A stretch of DNA of 64,000 bases from Myxococcales bacterium (GCA_043747615.1 JAYTOU010000017.1:32001-96000), one strand, 5' to 3'; shown: positions 26,985-37,337, numbered from the stretch's first letter. The notes: generated by a model not told the origin, from the letters alone. A program made the numbers and translations.

Positions 26985-28364
26985 CTAGCGGCCGGCGGCG
27001 GGGGGCCGGATGCTGTGGGCGCGATCACCGAGGGCGCGGCGCACGAGCGTGATGATGTCTTTTAGGTTCACCGGCTTCAGAAAAAATCCGTCGGCGCCAA
27101 TCGCCGACAGACGCTTCCACTCTGCTGGTCCACCCGATGCGGTAACGACCACGATGGCGACGGCATCCGTTCCGGCGCGCGCGCGAAGATGCTGCGTCAC
27201 CTCGATGCCATCGAGGTTCGGCATCTGGAGATCGAGAATGGCGACCGAGTGATGGCGCGCGTCGAACGCTTCGATGGCGGCGCGTCCGTCGGCAACGCAC
27301 TCGATGAAGGCATCCGGAAACTCGAAGCGCAGCGCGAGCTCGAGGGCATCGCGGAAATCCGTGTCGTCCTCCGCAACGAGGATCCGGTTCGGGGCGACTT
27401 CTTTTTTTCGGGCGGTGGCGAGGGCGCGCCCAAAAGCTAGGGCGCTCGGTATTCGTTCGGCGGGATCCTTGGCGAGCGCTTTCATCACGACGTCGTCGAA
27501 ATCGGTTCCGAGATCGGGCCTTCGATCACTCGGACGCGGCACGTCCACCGTGACATGGGCAAGCATCCGCTCGACTGGATTCTCCCCTGGGTAAGGCGGC
27601 TTTCCAGTGAGAAGCTCGAACGCCAAGCATCCCAGCGCATACACGTCTGCGCGACTCACGAGCTCGCGCGCGACTTCGGTGCGGATCACGTTCTCGGGCG
27701 CCATGTACTCCGGCGTACCGACGACCTCCTTGCTCTGCTCCGCCCTCACGCGCTGGAGCAAGTCGGCGATCCCCATGTCGGCCACACGCACCCGGAAGTC
27801 CGCGTCGAGGAGCAAATTGCTCGGCTTCAGATCGCGGTGCACGGTGTCCGCTGCGTGAATCGCTGCCACGCCCTGACACGTGTCCTCGAGAATTTGCAGC
27901 GCCTTCTCGACGTCGGGCGACGTACCGGGAGGACGATCGCGGAGCCAGTGCTCGACAGTCTGCCCCTCGACATACTCCGTCACCAGGAAGGGAGCACCTT
28001 CGCTCTCGCCGAATGCGTAGATGGGCAATACATTCGGGTGGCGCACCCGGGCCATCGCGCGCGCTTCGGCAAGAAACCGCAGCCGAAGAGAATCGTCGAG
28101 GAGCTCCGGGCGAATGAGCTTGATGGCGACGTCGCGTTCGAGCGTCTCGTCGCGCGCGAGCATCACCACGCCCATCCCGCCTTCCCCGAGCGTCTTCGTT
28201 ACGCGGTACGTGCCGTCGATCAGCGTTCCCGGTTCCACCCGAAGGGTCGCAACTACGGGCTCGCCGTCTGACCGGGTCGACTCGGCCAAGGCTTCCATTT
28301 CGGTGGACCCTGCGGGCACCCAGCGCGTAGGCGAGAGTTGAGGGCGCGGGGTCGACTTGGCCAA
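26985..28364 (-). CDS. Ser/Thr protein kinase fused to a C-terminal receiver domain
   Basis: GEGGMG, VAIK, HRDLKPSN, DMG, GTPEYMAPE; REC ILVAEDD/LDLQMP/FFLKP. Start uncertain: TTG 28364 chosen; ATG 28298 or 28541 also possible. Confidence 0.9.
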   Translation of the reverse strand: MAKSTPRPQLSPTRWVPAGSTEMEALAESTRSDGEPVVATLRVEPGTLIDGTYRVTKTLGEGGMGVVMLARDETLERDVAIKLIRPELLDDSLRLRFLAEARAMARVRHPNVLPIYAFGESEGAPFLVTEYVEGQTVEHWLRDRPPGTSPDVEKALQILEDTCQGVAAIHAADTVHRDLKPSNLLLDADFRVRVADMGIADLLQRVRAEQSKEVVGTPEYMAPENVIRTEVARELVSRADVYALGCLAFELLTGKPPYPGENPVERMLAHVTVDVPRPSDRRPDLGTDFDDVVMKALAKDPAERIPSALAFGRALATARKKEVAPNRILVAEDDTDFRDALELALRFEFPDAFIECVADGRAAIEAFDARHHSVAILDLQMPNLDGIEVTQHLRARAGTDAVAIVVVTASGGPAEWKRLSAIGADGFFLKPVNLKDIITLVRRALGDRAHSIRPPAAGR

Positions 28365-28583
28365 GATGCGAAAAGGATACCCGCTTTTCGAGTTGGCCGC
28401 ATGATCGATGCCTCCGGGGTCGTCTGAGACGGCGTTACGGAAGGACGTGAGAGGACTCCTCGCCGACGCGCGCCGTCTGCCGAAGCCCTGCTGGTTTCTC
28501 TGGGGAGCATGCTCGCCAACCGGCTCGGCGCCGTCACTCATCGCGGCGCGTTGTTCCCACGCCACCGCAAACCTAAAGAGCGA

Positions 28584-29387
28584 CTAGGCGACGACGGGCA
28601 GGCGGCGAGCCGTGGGTGCGTTCAGATAGGCGCGCTCGAAGACGCGTTCGCCTTTCAGCCAGCGATCGCGGGCCTCAGGATTGGCGAGCGCAATGTGGAG
28701 GCCGATCGAAAAATCGACCTCCTTCGATTCGATGCCGACGTCGGCAAGGCCTCTTCGCGTACCGTCCATCACCGACTGATGGCTCGCGTAGGGCACTTCG
28801 TACACGGGCGTCTCCGCGGTCTTGTCGCCCTCCACGAACCGGCGACAAGGATCGACGTCTTGCGAGTTCCAGCCGCGGCAGGAGAGAGGTCGCGCCTCGT
28901 AGGCCGAGCAGTTGTTGTTCTCGTCGAGAAGCGCGCACGGCGTCGGTGGACGATCTTGCCAGGCAAGGCCGATGGTCTTCTTCTCGATCGCCTGGAGACG
29001 CTCGAGAACGGTCGTCAGCTCCGCGTCCGTTCTGCTTTTCCGCAGATGATCGGCCATCGTGAGCACCTCGGGCGGCGTCACTCCGACTTGAAGCGAGCAG
29101 CAGAATGCGCAACCCGCTTTACACGCGGTGGGCACGGGCGACGGAGCCGCTTTCATTGCGGCGGTGGACGATGCATCCGCGTACGCGACGGCATTGGTCA
29201 CGAGCTCGCCGAGCTTTTCGACGGTGCGGCCCTCGGACATGATTTCAACCGCCGAGCGTTTCGAGGTCGCCTCGATCGTAGCCCTTAGCTCGGACATGAA
29301 ACTTCGCGCGGCCGGACGTGCCTTTCTGGCAACCTGGCTCTTCGCTCGGCGATCCTTTTTTTTGGCTTCTTTGTCGCGTCGATTCAT
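28584..29387 (-). CDS. YkgJ-family CxxxCxxCC Fe-S/Zn cluster protein
   Basis: CKAGCAFCC; CALL...CSAYEARPLSCR. Confidence 0.9.
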   Translation of the reverse strand: MNRRDKEAKKKDRRAKSQVARKARPAARSFMSELRATIEATSKRSAVEIMSEGRTVEKLGELVTNAVAYADASSTAAMKAAPSPVPTACKAGCAFCCSLQVGVTPPEVLTMADHLRKSRTDAELTTVLERLQAIEKKTIGLAWQDRPPTPCALLDENNNCSAYEARPLSCRGWNSQDVDPCRRFVEGDKTAETPVYEVPYASHQSVMDGTRRGLADVGIESKEVDFSIGLHIALANPEARDRWLKGERVFERAYLNAPTARRLPVVA

Positions 29388-29481
29388 CGCATCGCCCTCG
29401 CCATGCGACGACGCTAGCACATCGCGATCGCTCTACGTCCGCGGCATGCTGGAACGTGAAGGTCGTGCATCGCAGCTCCCG

Positions 29482-30084
29482 TCAGCTCTGGAAGAAATTG
29501 GAGCCGGCGCCGAACCCTTGCGGCATCTGGAAGTGCAGAAGACCATGGGCGTGGCGTTCTGTGTGGCGGCTGCACCAAAGCTTCTTGCCCCTGGTTTCGA
29601 ACTGTACGGCGACGCAGTCGACGCACGCCGGCTCGATCTCCGGCGTCGCTCGCCCATGATTCTTCAGCCGCGCGATGTACACGGGGCAGCGCGCCTTCTT
29701 GACGACCTGCTCGGCGACGGAGCCCAGGAATGTTTTTTCAATCGGGTTGAGGTCATGGGTTCCGACGACGATCAGATCCGTTTGCAGGTTCGCAGAGAGC
29801 TGAATGATCTCTCGCCATGGCGTTCCCGCGGCCAGATGGAACGTGGCGCGCCCGCTGAGGCCCGACTCTTCTGCCACGCGCTCGAGCATCGCTCGACCTG
29901 TTTCCAGGCACGCCTTTGGCGCGGCAGCGTCGAACGCCTCAATGACGTGCATCAGGTGGATCTCACTGCCAGGGAGCTCCGCGAACCGCGCGGCCGCCCT
30001 GGCCGCTACCAGAGAAACAGAAGAACCGTCGACTGCGGTGAGGATCACGGCGCGATCGGGGATGGGGGGATGAACGCTGCTCAT
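29482..30084 (-). CDS. Universal stress protein with C-terminal CxxC/His module
   Basis: ILTAVDGS; DLIVVGTH...LGSVAEQVV; tail IEPACVDC...WCSRH. Confidence 0.9.
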   Translation of the reverse strand: MSSVHPPIPDRAVILTAVDGSSVSLVAARAAARFAELPGSEIHLMHVIEAFDAAAPKACLETGRAMLERVAEESGLSGRATFHLAAGTPWREIIQLSANLQTDLIVVGTHDLNPIEKTFLGSVAEQVVKKARCPVYIARLKNHGRATPEIEPACVDCVAVQFETRGKKLWCSRHTERHAHGLLHFQMPQGFGAGSNFFQS

Positions 30085-30095
30085 GCCCCTCACCA

Positions 30096-30112
30096 TGCGA
30101 GCGTCGTGCCGC
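30096..30112 (-). promoter_or_regulatory. Putative sigma54 promoter
   Basis: GCGGCACGACGCTCGCA just upstream of the USP ATG. Confidence 0.5.
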
Positions 30113-30144
30113 GCGCTCACCTGACCCGTCGCGCGCCTGTACGC

Positions 30145-30564
30145 CTAGTGGGCGTGCTTCGCGTTCTCTTTTTCCGCAAGCGGAACGCGAACCGTGTCTC
30201 CCAAACGATCGATGAGCTCCGCCACGTCGACGTGGGTGAGGTCTTTGTCGACCGTGGTCACGAGGTGCTTCGTTAGCTCGGGAGTGAGATCGTTTTTCAT
30301 CATGCCGAGGGCGTGCGGCGGCGCGACGAGCACCCACCGGTCGAAGCGCTTCGAGCGCATGGCTTGATCGAGCTTCGTCACCATCGAATGGACGAAGTGG
30401 CGCTTGTCGACGTCTTTCGATGAATGATCTGCAGCCTGCTCAGCCTTGCTCCGCGATTCTCCGGGACCGAACACCTCCAGGAGATTCCACGCCGGGTTGT
30501 CGCCTCGCGTTTCGAAGAGTCGTCCTCGCCCGGCATCACACACCAAGATCCAAACAGTATTCAT
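30145..30564 (-). CDS. Host-attachment (AtsE/baeRF-like) family protein
   Basis: WILVCDAGRGRLF; LVAPPHALG; VDKDLT. Confidence 0.85.
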   Translation of the reverse strand: MNTVWILVCDAGRGRLFETRGDNPAWNLLEVFGPGESRSKAEQAADHSSKDVDKRHFVHSMVTKLDQAMRSKRFDRWVLVAPPHALGMMKNDLTPELTKHLVTTVDKDLTHVDVAELIDRLGDTVRVPLAEKENAKHAH

Positions 30565-30686
30565 GAACCGATGCGGAGCAACATCTGTGCCCTTTTTTCG
30601 CACCTCAAAGCTGCGCCAAAGAGCACCGCACGCGGAAACTACTTCGGCGCATTAATGTCAATTCGTTCCTCGTGTGGCGCTTCTGT

Positions 30687-31103
30687 TCAAGAGTCGCCGT
30701 CGATATCTTGGAGGGGTCCTTCGCTCGGCGTAGCACCGCCAGTACCTCCAGCGCCGGAAGAAGCCGCCGAAAAAGTACCATGCTTCGCCTTTGGTTGATT
30801 GGCAGACGCCGCTCCGAGGTCGCCCTTCGTGACGCCGATCTCGTCGTCGAGCTCATGATCTCGTCGGCTGTGGATCGCGTCGTCGTCCGATAATGCAGAG
30901 CCCGCGAGAGCTCCGGCGACCGTGCCGATGACTCCGCCTACGATGGCGCCCACCGGTCCAGCCACTGCGCCCGTCGCCGCGCCTGCTACCGCGCCGGCCA
31001 CAGTCATCTCGTACACCGTCGCGTCGGGACTCATCGCGGGCGCGAGCTCAGGTGCGGTTTCGTGTTTCGTCGCCTTGGTAGAGTCCGGTTTTTTCTGTGA
31101 CAT
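30687..31103 (-). CDS. Glycine-zipper hypothetical protein
   Basis: GAVAGAATGAVAGPVGAIVGGVIG; LDDEIGVT.GDLGA. Confidence 0.75.
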   Translation of the reverse strand: MSQKKPDSTKATKHETAPELAPAMSPDATVYEMTVAGAVAGAATGAVAGPVGAIVGGVIGTVAGALAGSALSDDDAIHSRRDHELDDEIGVTKGDLGAASANQPKAKHGTFSAASSGAGGTGGATPSEGPLQDIDGDS

Positions 31104-31115
31104 GGCGACAATCGT

Positions 31116-31132
31116 CGCAAGGACCGAGCCAA
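31116..31132 (-). promoter_or_regulatory. Putative sigma54 promoter
   Basis: TTGGCTCGGTCCTTGCG ending 12 nt before ATG 31103. Confidence 0.65.
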
Positions 31133-31163
31133 ACCGCTGCGCTGGTGGCGCGTGCCTAATCGG

Positions 31164-32534
31164 TCATGTCTTTCCCACTCGAAGCCCGTACTCGTGCAAT
31201 CGGTACTGGATGGTGCGCACGCTGATGTCGAGGAGCTCTGCCGCTTTGGCGGTCGAGCCCTCTGCCGCATCGAGGGTCGTGAGGATGGCGTAGCGTTCGA
31301 TCTCCGCCATGGTCGACCCCGGAATGCGCAGCGTGCTCTCGAAGTCGGGGGCGGCCTCGAACGGGAGATCGTCGTGGTCGATCATGGGCCCCTCGCAGAG
31401 AACGACCGCGCGCTCGACCGCGTTTTCCAGAGCCCGCACGTTACCCGGCCAGCGGTGTCCAAGGATCTTGGTGCGGGCCCTCTCGGTGAAGCCCTCCACG
31501 CGCTTGTGATTTTCTTGCGCGAACTTGCGCAAAAAATGCCCGGCAAGGACGAAGATGTCGCCACCGCGCAGTCGCAAGACGGGCATCTCGATGTGGACGA
31601 CGTTGAGCCGGTAGTAGAGATCTTCGCGGAAGCGTTTGTCTCGCACGTCGGCGGCAAGATCACGATTCGTCGCGGCGATGACCCGCACGTCCACGTGCAC
31701 GCGCTCGTTGCCGCCCACCCGCTCGAACGTCCGCTCCTGGAGCACCTGAAGGAGCTTGATCTGCGTGGCCATGGGGATCTCCCCGATCTCGTCGAGGAAG
31801 AGCGTGCCCCCGCTCGCTTGCTCGAAGCGACCGACGCGACGCCTGTCGGCCCCAGTGAAGGCTCCTTTTTCGTGGCCGAACAGCTCGCTCTCGAGAAGCG
31901 ACTCGGCAAGCGCCGCGCAGTGGAGGGAGATGAAGGGCTGCTTCGCACGCGGGCTGAGGGCGTGGATAGCGCGGGCGAGCTCTCCTTTTCCCGTACCGCT
32001 CTCGCCAGTGATGAGCACGGTCGCCCGCGAGCTCGCGACCTGACGCGCGACGCGATAAACCTTCTGCATCGCGGGGCTCGCCCCAAGGAGCCCTTGCACA
32101 CCTTCGCCGTCGCGCTCTCGGAGCTGGCTCCGAAGGTTCTCGGCCTCGACCCGGATCTCACGTCGCTCGAGGGCGCGCTCGATGGTCAGCGCGAGAGCGT
32201 CGAAGTCGATCGGTTTCGTCAGGAACTCCTCGGCGCCAGCGCGCATCGCCTGAACCGCGATGTTCACGTCCCCGAACGCCGTACACACGATCACCGGCAC
32301 ATCTCGATCGAGAGCGCGGAGCTGCTTGAGAAGCTCAATGCCGTCCATCCGCGGCATTTTTAGATCGGTCACCACGACGTCGGCCGGCGCCTCCGCGAAG
32401 AGAGCGAGGGCTTCGGTGCCATCCTCCGCGCAGTCGACCGTGTAGCCCTCTTGCGTGAGGAGCTTTTCCAAGCCCGACCGTGCGCTCGCCTCGTCGTCGA
32501 CGACCAGCACTCGTGCTTTTGATTTCGTTTCCAT
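31164..32534 (-). CDS. NtrC-family sigma54-dependent response regulator
   Basis: REC domain; [27 protein letters not shown]; Fis-type HTH. Confidence 0.95.
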   Translation of the reverse strand: METKSKARVLVVDDEASARSGLEKLLTQEGYTVDCAEDGTEALALFAEAPADVVVTDLKMPRMDGIELLKQLRALDRDVPVIVCTAFGDVNIAVQAMRAGAEEFLTKPIDFDALALTIERALERREIRVEAENLRSQLRERDGEGVQGLLGASPAMQKVYRVARQVASSRATVLITGESGTGKGELARAIHALSPRAKQPFISLHCAALAESLLESELFGHEKGAFTGADRRRVGRFEQASGGTLFLDEIGEIPMATQIKLLQVLQERTFERVGGNERVHVDVRVIAATNRDLAADVRDKRFREDLYYRLNVVHIEMPVLRLRGGDIFVLAGHFLRKFAQENHKRVEGFTERARTKILGHRWPGNVRALENAVERAVVLCEGPMIDHDDLPFEAAPDFESTLRIPGSTMAEIERYAILTTLDAAEGSTAKAAELLDISVRTIQYRLHEYGLRVGKT

Positions 32535-32540
32535 GGGTTC

Positions 32541-34121
32541 CTATTCGGGCTCGAGCGGCAGGGTCACGCGGAAGACCGTGCGGCCCGGCCGACTTTCGAC
32601 GACGATGGTGCCGCGGTGATCGGTGGCAATGCGATACGTTATGGAGAGGCCTAGGCCTGTTCCGTCCGGCTTCGTTGAAAAGAATGGATCGAAGATGGGC
32701 GAGTTGGCGCTCGGGATCCCCGGCCCGTCGTCCTCGACTTCGAAAAAGACGCTGCGCGGCTGCCGTCGCACACGCATCGTCACCTCTCCGCCGGACGGAG
32801 CGAGGGCTTCCATGGCGTTGGTCATGAGGTTGAGGAGCATCTGCTCCACCTTTGCGGGGTCGACGTTCAGCTCCGCATCGCGGATCGGTAGGTCGAGTGA
32901 CACATTCACGTTTGCCGCCGCGGCCTTCGTCAACATCAGCTGCACGACGCGCTCCGCGAGCGCTCGGACGGCGATCGGTTTGAGCTGCGGCGGGCGCGGC
33001 CGCGCGAAATCGAGAAACTCCGTGACCAGCGCAGCGAGGCGCTTGATTTCGTCTCCGACGACATGCACGGCTTCGATCATGTCGGGCTCCGCACCTGCCT
33101 TCTTCAACCCGCGCTCAAGAAACGAAACGTGGAGCTGGGCGCCGTTCAGGGGGTTCCGAATTTCGTGCGCCAGACCCGCCGCGAGTGTGCCGACCGAGGC
33201 CAGCTTCTCTTGTTGCCAGGTCTTCTTTTGCAACGCGAGCTCGTCGGTCACGTCCTGGCCGATCGCAAAGAGCGTGACTTCATCGCCGACGTCGCTGGGG
33301 GCGTAGGCGAATCGCCAGCGAATATCCCTGTATTTGCCGGATTTAGTGCGCACGGCAATCTCCATCGTCTCCTGCGGCGCTTGCTCGCCGCACGCGGCGC
33401 GGAGGATTTCTCGGCCCCGGGTCTCGACGAGATCTTCCTGCAAGAGTGCTTCGCCGAAAGACCTCCCGAGAACCTCGTCGCGTCCGAAGCCCGTCACCCG
33501 CTCCGCCTCGCGGTTGAAGAGGCGCACCTCTGCGCGCGCGTCGAGACCCAAGATCATGATCCGGGCGAGCTCGACGGCGTTGACGTAGCGATGTTCGGTT
33601 TCCTGGAGCGCGCGATTGAGCTCTACGTTCTCGAGGCGCTCGCTTCGCTGGACGCGGGCGACGAACTCGTCGCTGTAGGTGTCGAGCATGATCGCAAGCT
33701 CGAGGTCCAAAAGACGGGTGACCGCTTCACGCGTGCGTGTGGCGTTCGGCCCGAGCGTGGCTTCGGCGATCCGTCCGAGCTCGACTCGGATGAGCGCCAT
33801 CGCCGTGAACATGTACCGCTGGGGAAGGCCGACCTTGACGTGCACACGCCCGATCTTCTGGGTGTCTTCGTAGTACTGCTCGTCGTAGGACCCGGACAGA
33901 ACACGACCCATCCACCGCTCGAGAGAACGCTGCAATCGCGCGATTTGATCCTCACCCGTGAAGACCGCGTGCGCTGCTTCGTGCTCGCGAATGCGCTCGT
34001 AGAATTCTTGTGCGATGCGCGGAAAATGCGGCGCGGCCGAGGGGCGAAGAGCCGCTAGGAGTCGGGCGTCTTCGGCATCGAACGAGACATAACGTTTTAG
34101 CTCTTGAAAGCGGGTTTCCAG
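32541..34121 (-). CDS. Globin-coupled (protoglobin) PAS histidine kinase
   Basis: The frame extends upstream of the ORF-track start (LETRFQELKRYVSF...FYERIREH); IGRVHVKVGLPQRYM carries the heme His; PAS; LAHEIRNP; HATPase. Start proposed at CTG 34121. Confidence 0.9.
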   Translation of the reverse strand: METRFQELKRYVSFDAEDARLLAALRPSAAPHFPRIAQEFYERIREHEAAHAVFTGEDQIARLQRSLERWMGRVLSGSYDEQYYEDTQKIGRVHVKVGLPQRYMFTAMALIRVELGRIAEATLGPNATRTREAVTRLLDLELAIMLDTYSDEFVARVQRSERLENVELNRALQETEHRYVNAVELARIMILGLDARAEVRLFNREAERVTGFGRDEVLGRSFGEALLQEDLVETRGREILRAACGEQAPQETMEIAVRTKSGKYRDIRWRFAYAPSDVGDEVTLFAIGQDVTDELALQKKTWQQEKLASVGTLAAGLAHEIRNPLNGAQLHVSFLERGLKKAGAEPDMIEAVHVVGDEIKRLAALVTEFLDFARPRPPQLKPIAVRALAERVVQLMLTKAAAANVNVSLDLPIRDAELNVDPAKVEQMLLNLMTNAMEALAPSGGEVTMRVRRQPRSVFFEVEDDGPGIPSANSPIFDPFFSTKPDGTGLGLSITYRIATDHRGTIVVESRPGRTVFRVTLPLEPE

Positions 34122-34153
34122 ACGATGCCCCCTCTTTGGCCTCTCGGCTGCCG

Positions 34154-34170
34154 TGCAAGTTGTTCGCCAA
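34154..34170 (-). promoter_or_regulatory. Putative sigma54 promoter of the globin kinase/NtrC operon
   Basis: TTGGCGAACAACTTGCA, near-consensus. Confidence 0.7.
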
Positions 34171-34212
34171 CGCCCTCATGCTTAAAGCAGCGCACCACGG
34201 CACTCGCCATGG

Positions 34213-34246
34213 GTGCACGCTTTGCGCGATGGCGCAAGCACTGCAG
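34213..34246. promoter_or_regulatory. Tandem G(C/T)GCA-N5-TGC(G/A) sites (candidate enhancer); the second overlaps a plus-strand GG-N10-GC
   Basis: GTGCACGCTTTGCGC (34213-34227) and GCGCAAGCACTGCAG (34232-34246). Confidence 0.45.
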
Positions 34247-34329
34247 GATGCACGGGTTTGAAGCCATCTCCTACGCGAGTATCGAGCGCGGGAGCGACTC
34301 TTGCTCTCGTTTCAGGTCGGAGGCCGCAG

Positions 34330-34497
34330 ATGAGCATTCCGAAGGTCTACAAATACATGACGCCGAGCCCCCATTCGATCGGGCGCACGCAACTGGTGAT
34401 GGCTCATGAGATGATGCGGGAGCGCAAGTTCCGGCACCTTCCTGTCCTCGATGCCGGCGTCCTGATCGGGGAGGGACCCGTGGCGTTTGCGCCGTGA
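34330..34497 (+). pseudogene. Truncated CBS-domain protein
   Basis: YMTPSPHSIG...AHEMMRERKFRHLPVLDAG.LIG, then an abrupt end (55 aa) before the first CBS motif is complete. Confidence 0.6.
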
Positions 34498-34865
34498 AGC
34501 GCCTCTGTGTCGTTGATGACGACGCGCGAACTTCGCGTTTGTTTGCGTCTTTGCTCGAGGAGGACGGCTATTACGTCGAGGTCTTCCGCGACGGCGTCGA
34601 GGCGCTCGAGAGATTTGCGAGCGGGCCACCTCCAGACGCCGTCATCACCGATCTCGTGATGGCCAACGTAGGCGGGCTGAAAGTGCTCGAGGCCGCCCGG
34701 CAACGCTGGGCCACTGTCCCGGTAATTTTCGTGACCGGACATCCGGAGCTTCTCGCGCACATAGGAACGCAGTTCCATCCGTCGCCGCTCGTCTTCTCGA
34801 AACCGCTCATCTACAGCGAGTTCGTCCTCGTCCTTCGCTCTTTGTTCGGGGAGGTGAGTCGATAA
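34494..34865 (+). CDS. Single-domain response regulator
   Basis: VVDDD; ITDLVM; FVTG; SKP. Confidence 0.85.
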   Translation: MKRLCVVDDDARTSRLFASLLEEDGYYVEVFRDGVEALERFASGPPPDAVITDLVMANVGGLKVLEAARQRWATVPVIFVTGHPELLAHIGTQFHPSPLVFSKPLIYSEFVLVLRSLFGEVSR

Positions 34866-34976
34866 GTTATTTTTATGCGCGATTGCTTGCCAACCCAGTC
34901 CTTTTTCTGAGTCAGAAGATGGGGCAGGCCTCTTTTTTTTCTCGGGCGGCCGGGGAAGATGACACGTTCGGGAGTC

Positions 34977-36281
34977 ATGGAGCACTTGACCGTCGGTCCA
35001 CTCACGCGCGCTTCCGGGGTGGTCACCCTGCCCGGCTCGAAGAGCATCTCGAATCGCGTGCTCTTGCTCGCCGCGCTTTCGACGGGCCGCACACGCGTTC
35101 GCGCGCTCCTCGATTCTGACGATACGCAAGTCATGCTCGCCGCACTCCGAGAGCTCGGCGTCACGTGGGAGCGAGAGTCGGGAACCGATGACTACTGGGT
35201 GGACGGCGTCGGTGGTCGCTTCCCCAACAAGTCGGCGAAGCTCTTCATGGGAAACGCGGGGACGGCCATCCGCCCGTTGACCGCGGCGCTCGCTCTGCAA
35301 GGGGGCACCTACGAGCTGTCCGGAGTGCCGCGGATGCACGACAGACCGATCGGCGATCTCGTCGACGGCCTTCGCCAGGTGGGAGCGCAGATCGACTACA
35401 CGGCCAAGGAGGGCTACCCGCCGCTCAGGGTCACGCCGGCGAGCATCAACGTCGAAGCGCCCATCCAGGTGCGCGGTGACGTGTCGAGCCAGTTTCTGAC
35501 GGCGCTCCTGCTCAATCTGCCGCGGGTGCCGACGACGTCCGGGCACACGGTGATCGAGGTCGTCGGGGAGTTGATCTCCAAGCCCTACGTCGAGATCACG
35601 TTGAACCTGCTCGCGCGTTTCGGAGTCGTCGTCGAGCGCGAAGGCTGGGAACGATTCATCCTACCCGCGGGCGTCGATTACGAGAGCCCCGGAGAGATTT
35701 ACGTGGAGGGTGACGCGTCGTCCGCCTCGTATTTTCTAGCTGCCGGTGCGATTGGCGGAGGGCCGCTTCGCGTCGAAGGCGTGGGGCGTACGAGCATTCA
35801 GGGCGACGTCCGCTTCGCCGATGCGGTCGCGCAAATGGGCGCGTCGCTCACGACCGGGGACAATTGGATCGAGGTTGCCGCGCCTCGGGAAAGGCGCCTG
35901 CGCGGGATCGATCTCGACTGCAACCACATTCCCGACGCCGCCATGACCTTGGGTGTTTTAGCGCTCTACGCCGAGGGGCCGACCACCCTCACCAACATCG
36001 CGAGCTGGAGAGTGAAGGAGACGGACCGCATCGCGGCGATGGGGCGAGAGCTGCGCAAGATGGGAGCGGTCGTCGAAGAGGGGGTCGATTTCATTCGCGT
36101 GACGCCGCCGGTGACCTGGACAAGTCCACCCGCGGGGATCGACACGTACGAAGACCACCGGATGGCGATGTGCTTCGCGCTCGCCGCTTTCGGACCGCAC
36201 GCTGTCCGCATCAATGACCCCGGGTGCGTGGCCAAGACGTTCCCTGACTTCTTCGACGCGTTCAGCGCAGTGACGACGTGA
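34977..36281 (+). CDS. aroA: 3-phosphoshikimate 1-carboxyvinyltransferase (class I EPSPS)
   Basis: [46 protein letters not shown]. Confidence 0.97.
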   Translation: MEHLTVGPLTRASGVVTLPGSKSISNRVLLLAALSTGRTRVRALLDSDDTQVMLAALRELGVTWERESGTDDYWVDGVGGRFPNKSAKLFMGNAGTAIRPLTAALALQGGTYELSGVPRMHDRPIGDLVDGLRQVGAQIDYTAKEGYPPLRVTPASINVEAPIQVRGDVSSQFLTALLLNLPRVPTTSGHTVIEVVGELISKPYVEITLNLLARFGVVVEREGWERFILPAGVDYESPGEIYVEGDASSASYFLAAGAIGGGPLRVEGVGRTSIQGDVRFADAVAQMGASLTTGDNWIEVAAPRERRLRGIDLDCNHIPDAAMTLGVLALYAEGPTTLTNIASWRVKETDRIAAMGRELRKMGAVVEEGVDFIRVTPPVTWTSPPAGIDTYEDHRMAMCFALAAFGPHAVRINDPGCVAKTFPDFFDAFSAVTT

Positions 36282-36309
36282 GTCACGACGCCACGCCGTA
36301 AGTCCGCGC

Positions 36310-37146
36310 TCAGAACGAGTACGCGATCGCCGCGCGCCCCAGCGCATACGGTGAGTGCGCCGAGAGCCCCGCAGCGGGGCCAAACACGACCGCGAGGTGT
36401 TCCTTGGGGAGCTCGACAGCCACGGTCGGCCCGATGAAGTGCCTTATTCCCTCGGCCTCTTCGGGATCGACCGCGCCCTCGAGATCCTGCGCAACGTACT
36501 CGACGCCGACGCGCAGCGGTCCCGTGACCTGGTAGCTTGCGCCCGCCGTGACCATGACGTCCATCGCGTCGCGTTTCATGGCGTAGACATGCTGAGCGTT
36601 CGCGGTAGCACCGATGCGCGCACGACCGAGCTCGCGGATGACGGCGAGCTTTGCCCATGCGCCGTGGCTCCCGGAGAGCTCGTTCAAATAGCCAGCGCTC
36701 GCAACGATACGTGTCGAGCGCAAGAGGGTCGCAAACGGGGCAAGCCGGAGACCGGCTGACATGCCGGACGCAGGTCTTCCCGTGAGGCCGAGCACGTCGG
36801 TCGCACCGCTCACCGCGATCGACAGCGCCGGGGCGATCCCCACCTCCGCGCCGCTTTCAAGCACCGCGCCCGGATGAGCGAGGTCCGAGGCGAAAGGGCG
36901 CGCGGCACCGTCGGCGCTCGTGTACGTCACGCGCGAAACCGCCAGGACCCGAAAGGGAGCGGCGACAACGGCGTCGTCGAGGTAGAGCCACGAACGCTGA
37001 GAGACCTGAATTTCTCGCGTCGTTTCCCCTTCCGCGCGCGCGCTCTCCGAGAAGGAAACGCAGGCGAGGATCCCCGCTCCGAGGAGGATCGTCGCTTGGG
37101 TTTTCAACGCGCTCCGTTGCCGCGCGGGCTTTTGCAGAAGGCTCAT
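36310..37146 (-). CDS. Exported, probably outer-membrane beta-barrel hypothetical protein
   Basis: Signal peptide (ARA/E); alternating beta-strand pattern; terminal YSF. Confidence 0.65.
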   Translation of the reverse strand: MSLLQKPARQRSALKTQATILLGAGILACVSFSESARAEGETTREIQVSQRSWLYLDDAVVAAPFRVLAVSRVTYTSADGAARPFASDLAHPGAVLESGAEVGIAPALSIAVSGATDVLGLTGRPASGMSAGLRLAPFATLLRSTRIVASAGYLNELSGSHGAWAKLAVIRELGRARIGATANAQHVYAMKRDAMDVMVTAGASYQVTGPLRVGVEYVAQDLEGAVDPEEAEGIRHFIGPTVAVELPKEHLAVVFGPAAGLSAHSPYALGRAAIAYSF

Positions 37147-37337
37147 GGACACGTGCGGGGGGAGACTGGGGTTCGAGGTACTGTAGTCGGTCTCGTTGAG
37201 CTTGAGAACGCTGCTGAGTTCGCGACGCAGTCCGCCGAACGTCAACTAGACGCGCTCAACTCTGCCGCCGGCAACGGTAACCTTCGCGGCGCTGGGTGGT
37301 AACCTGCGGCGATGCGACTTGCGCGCCTCACCGAAAA

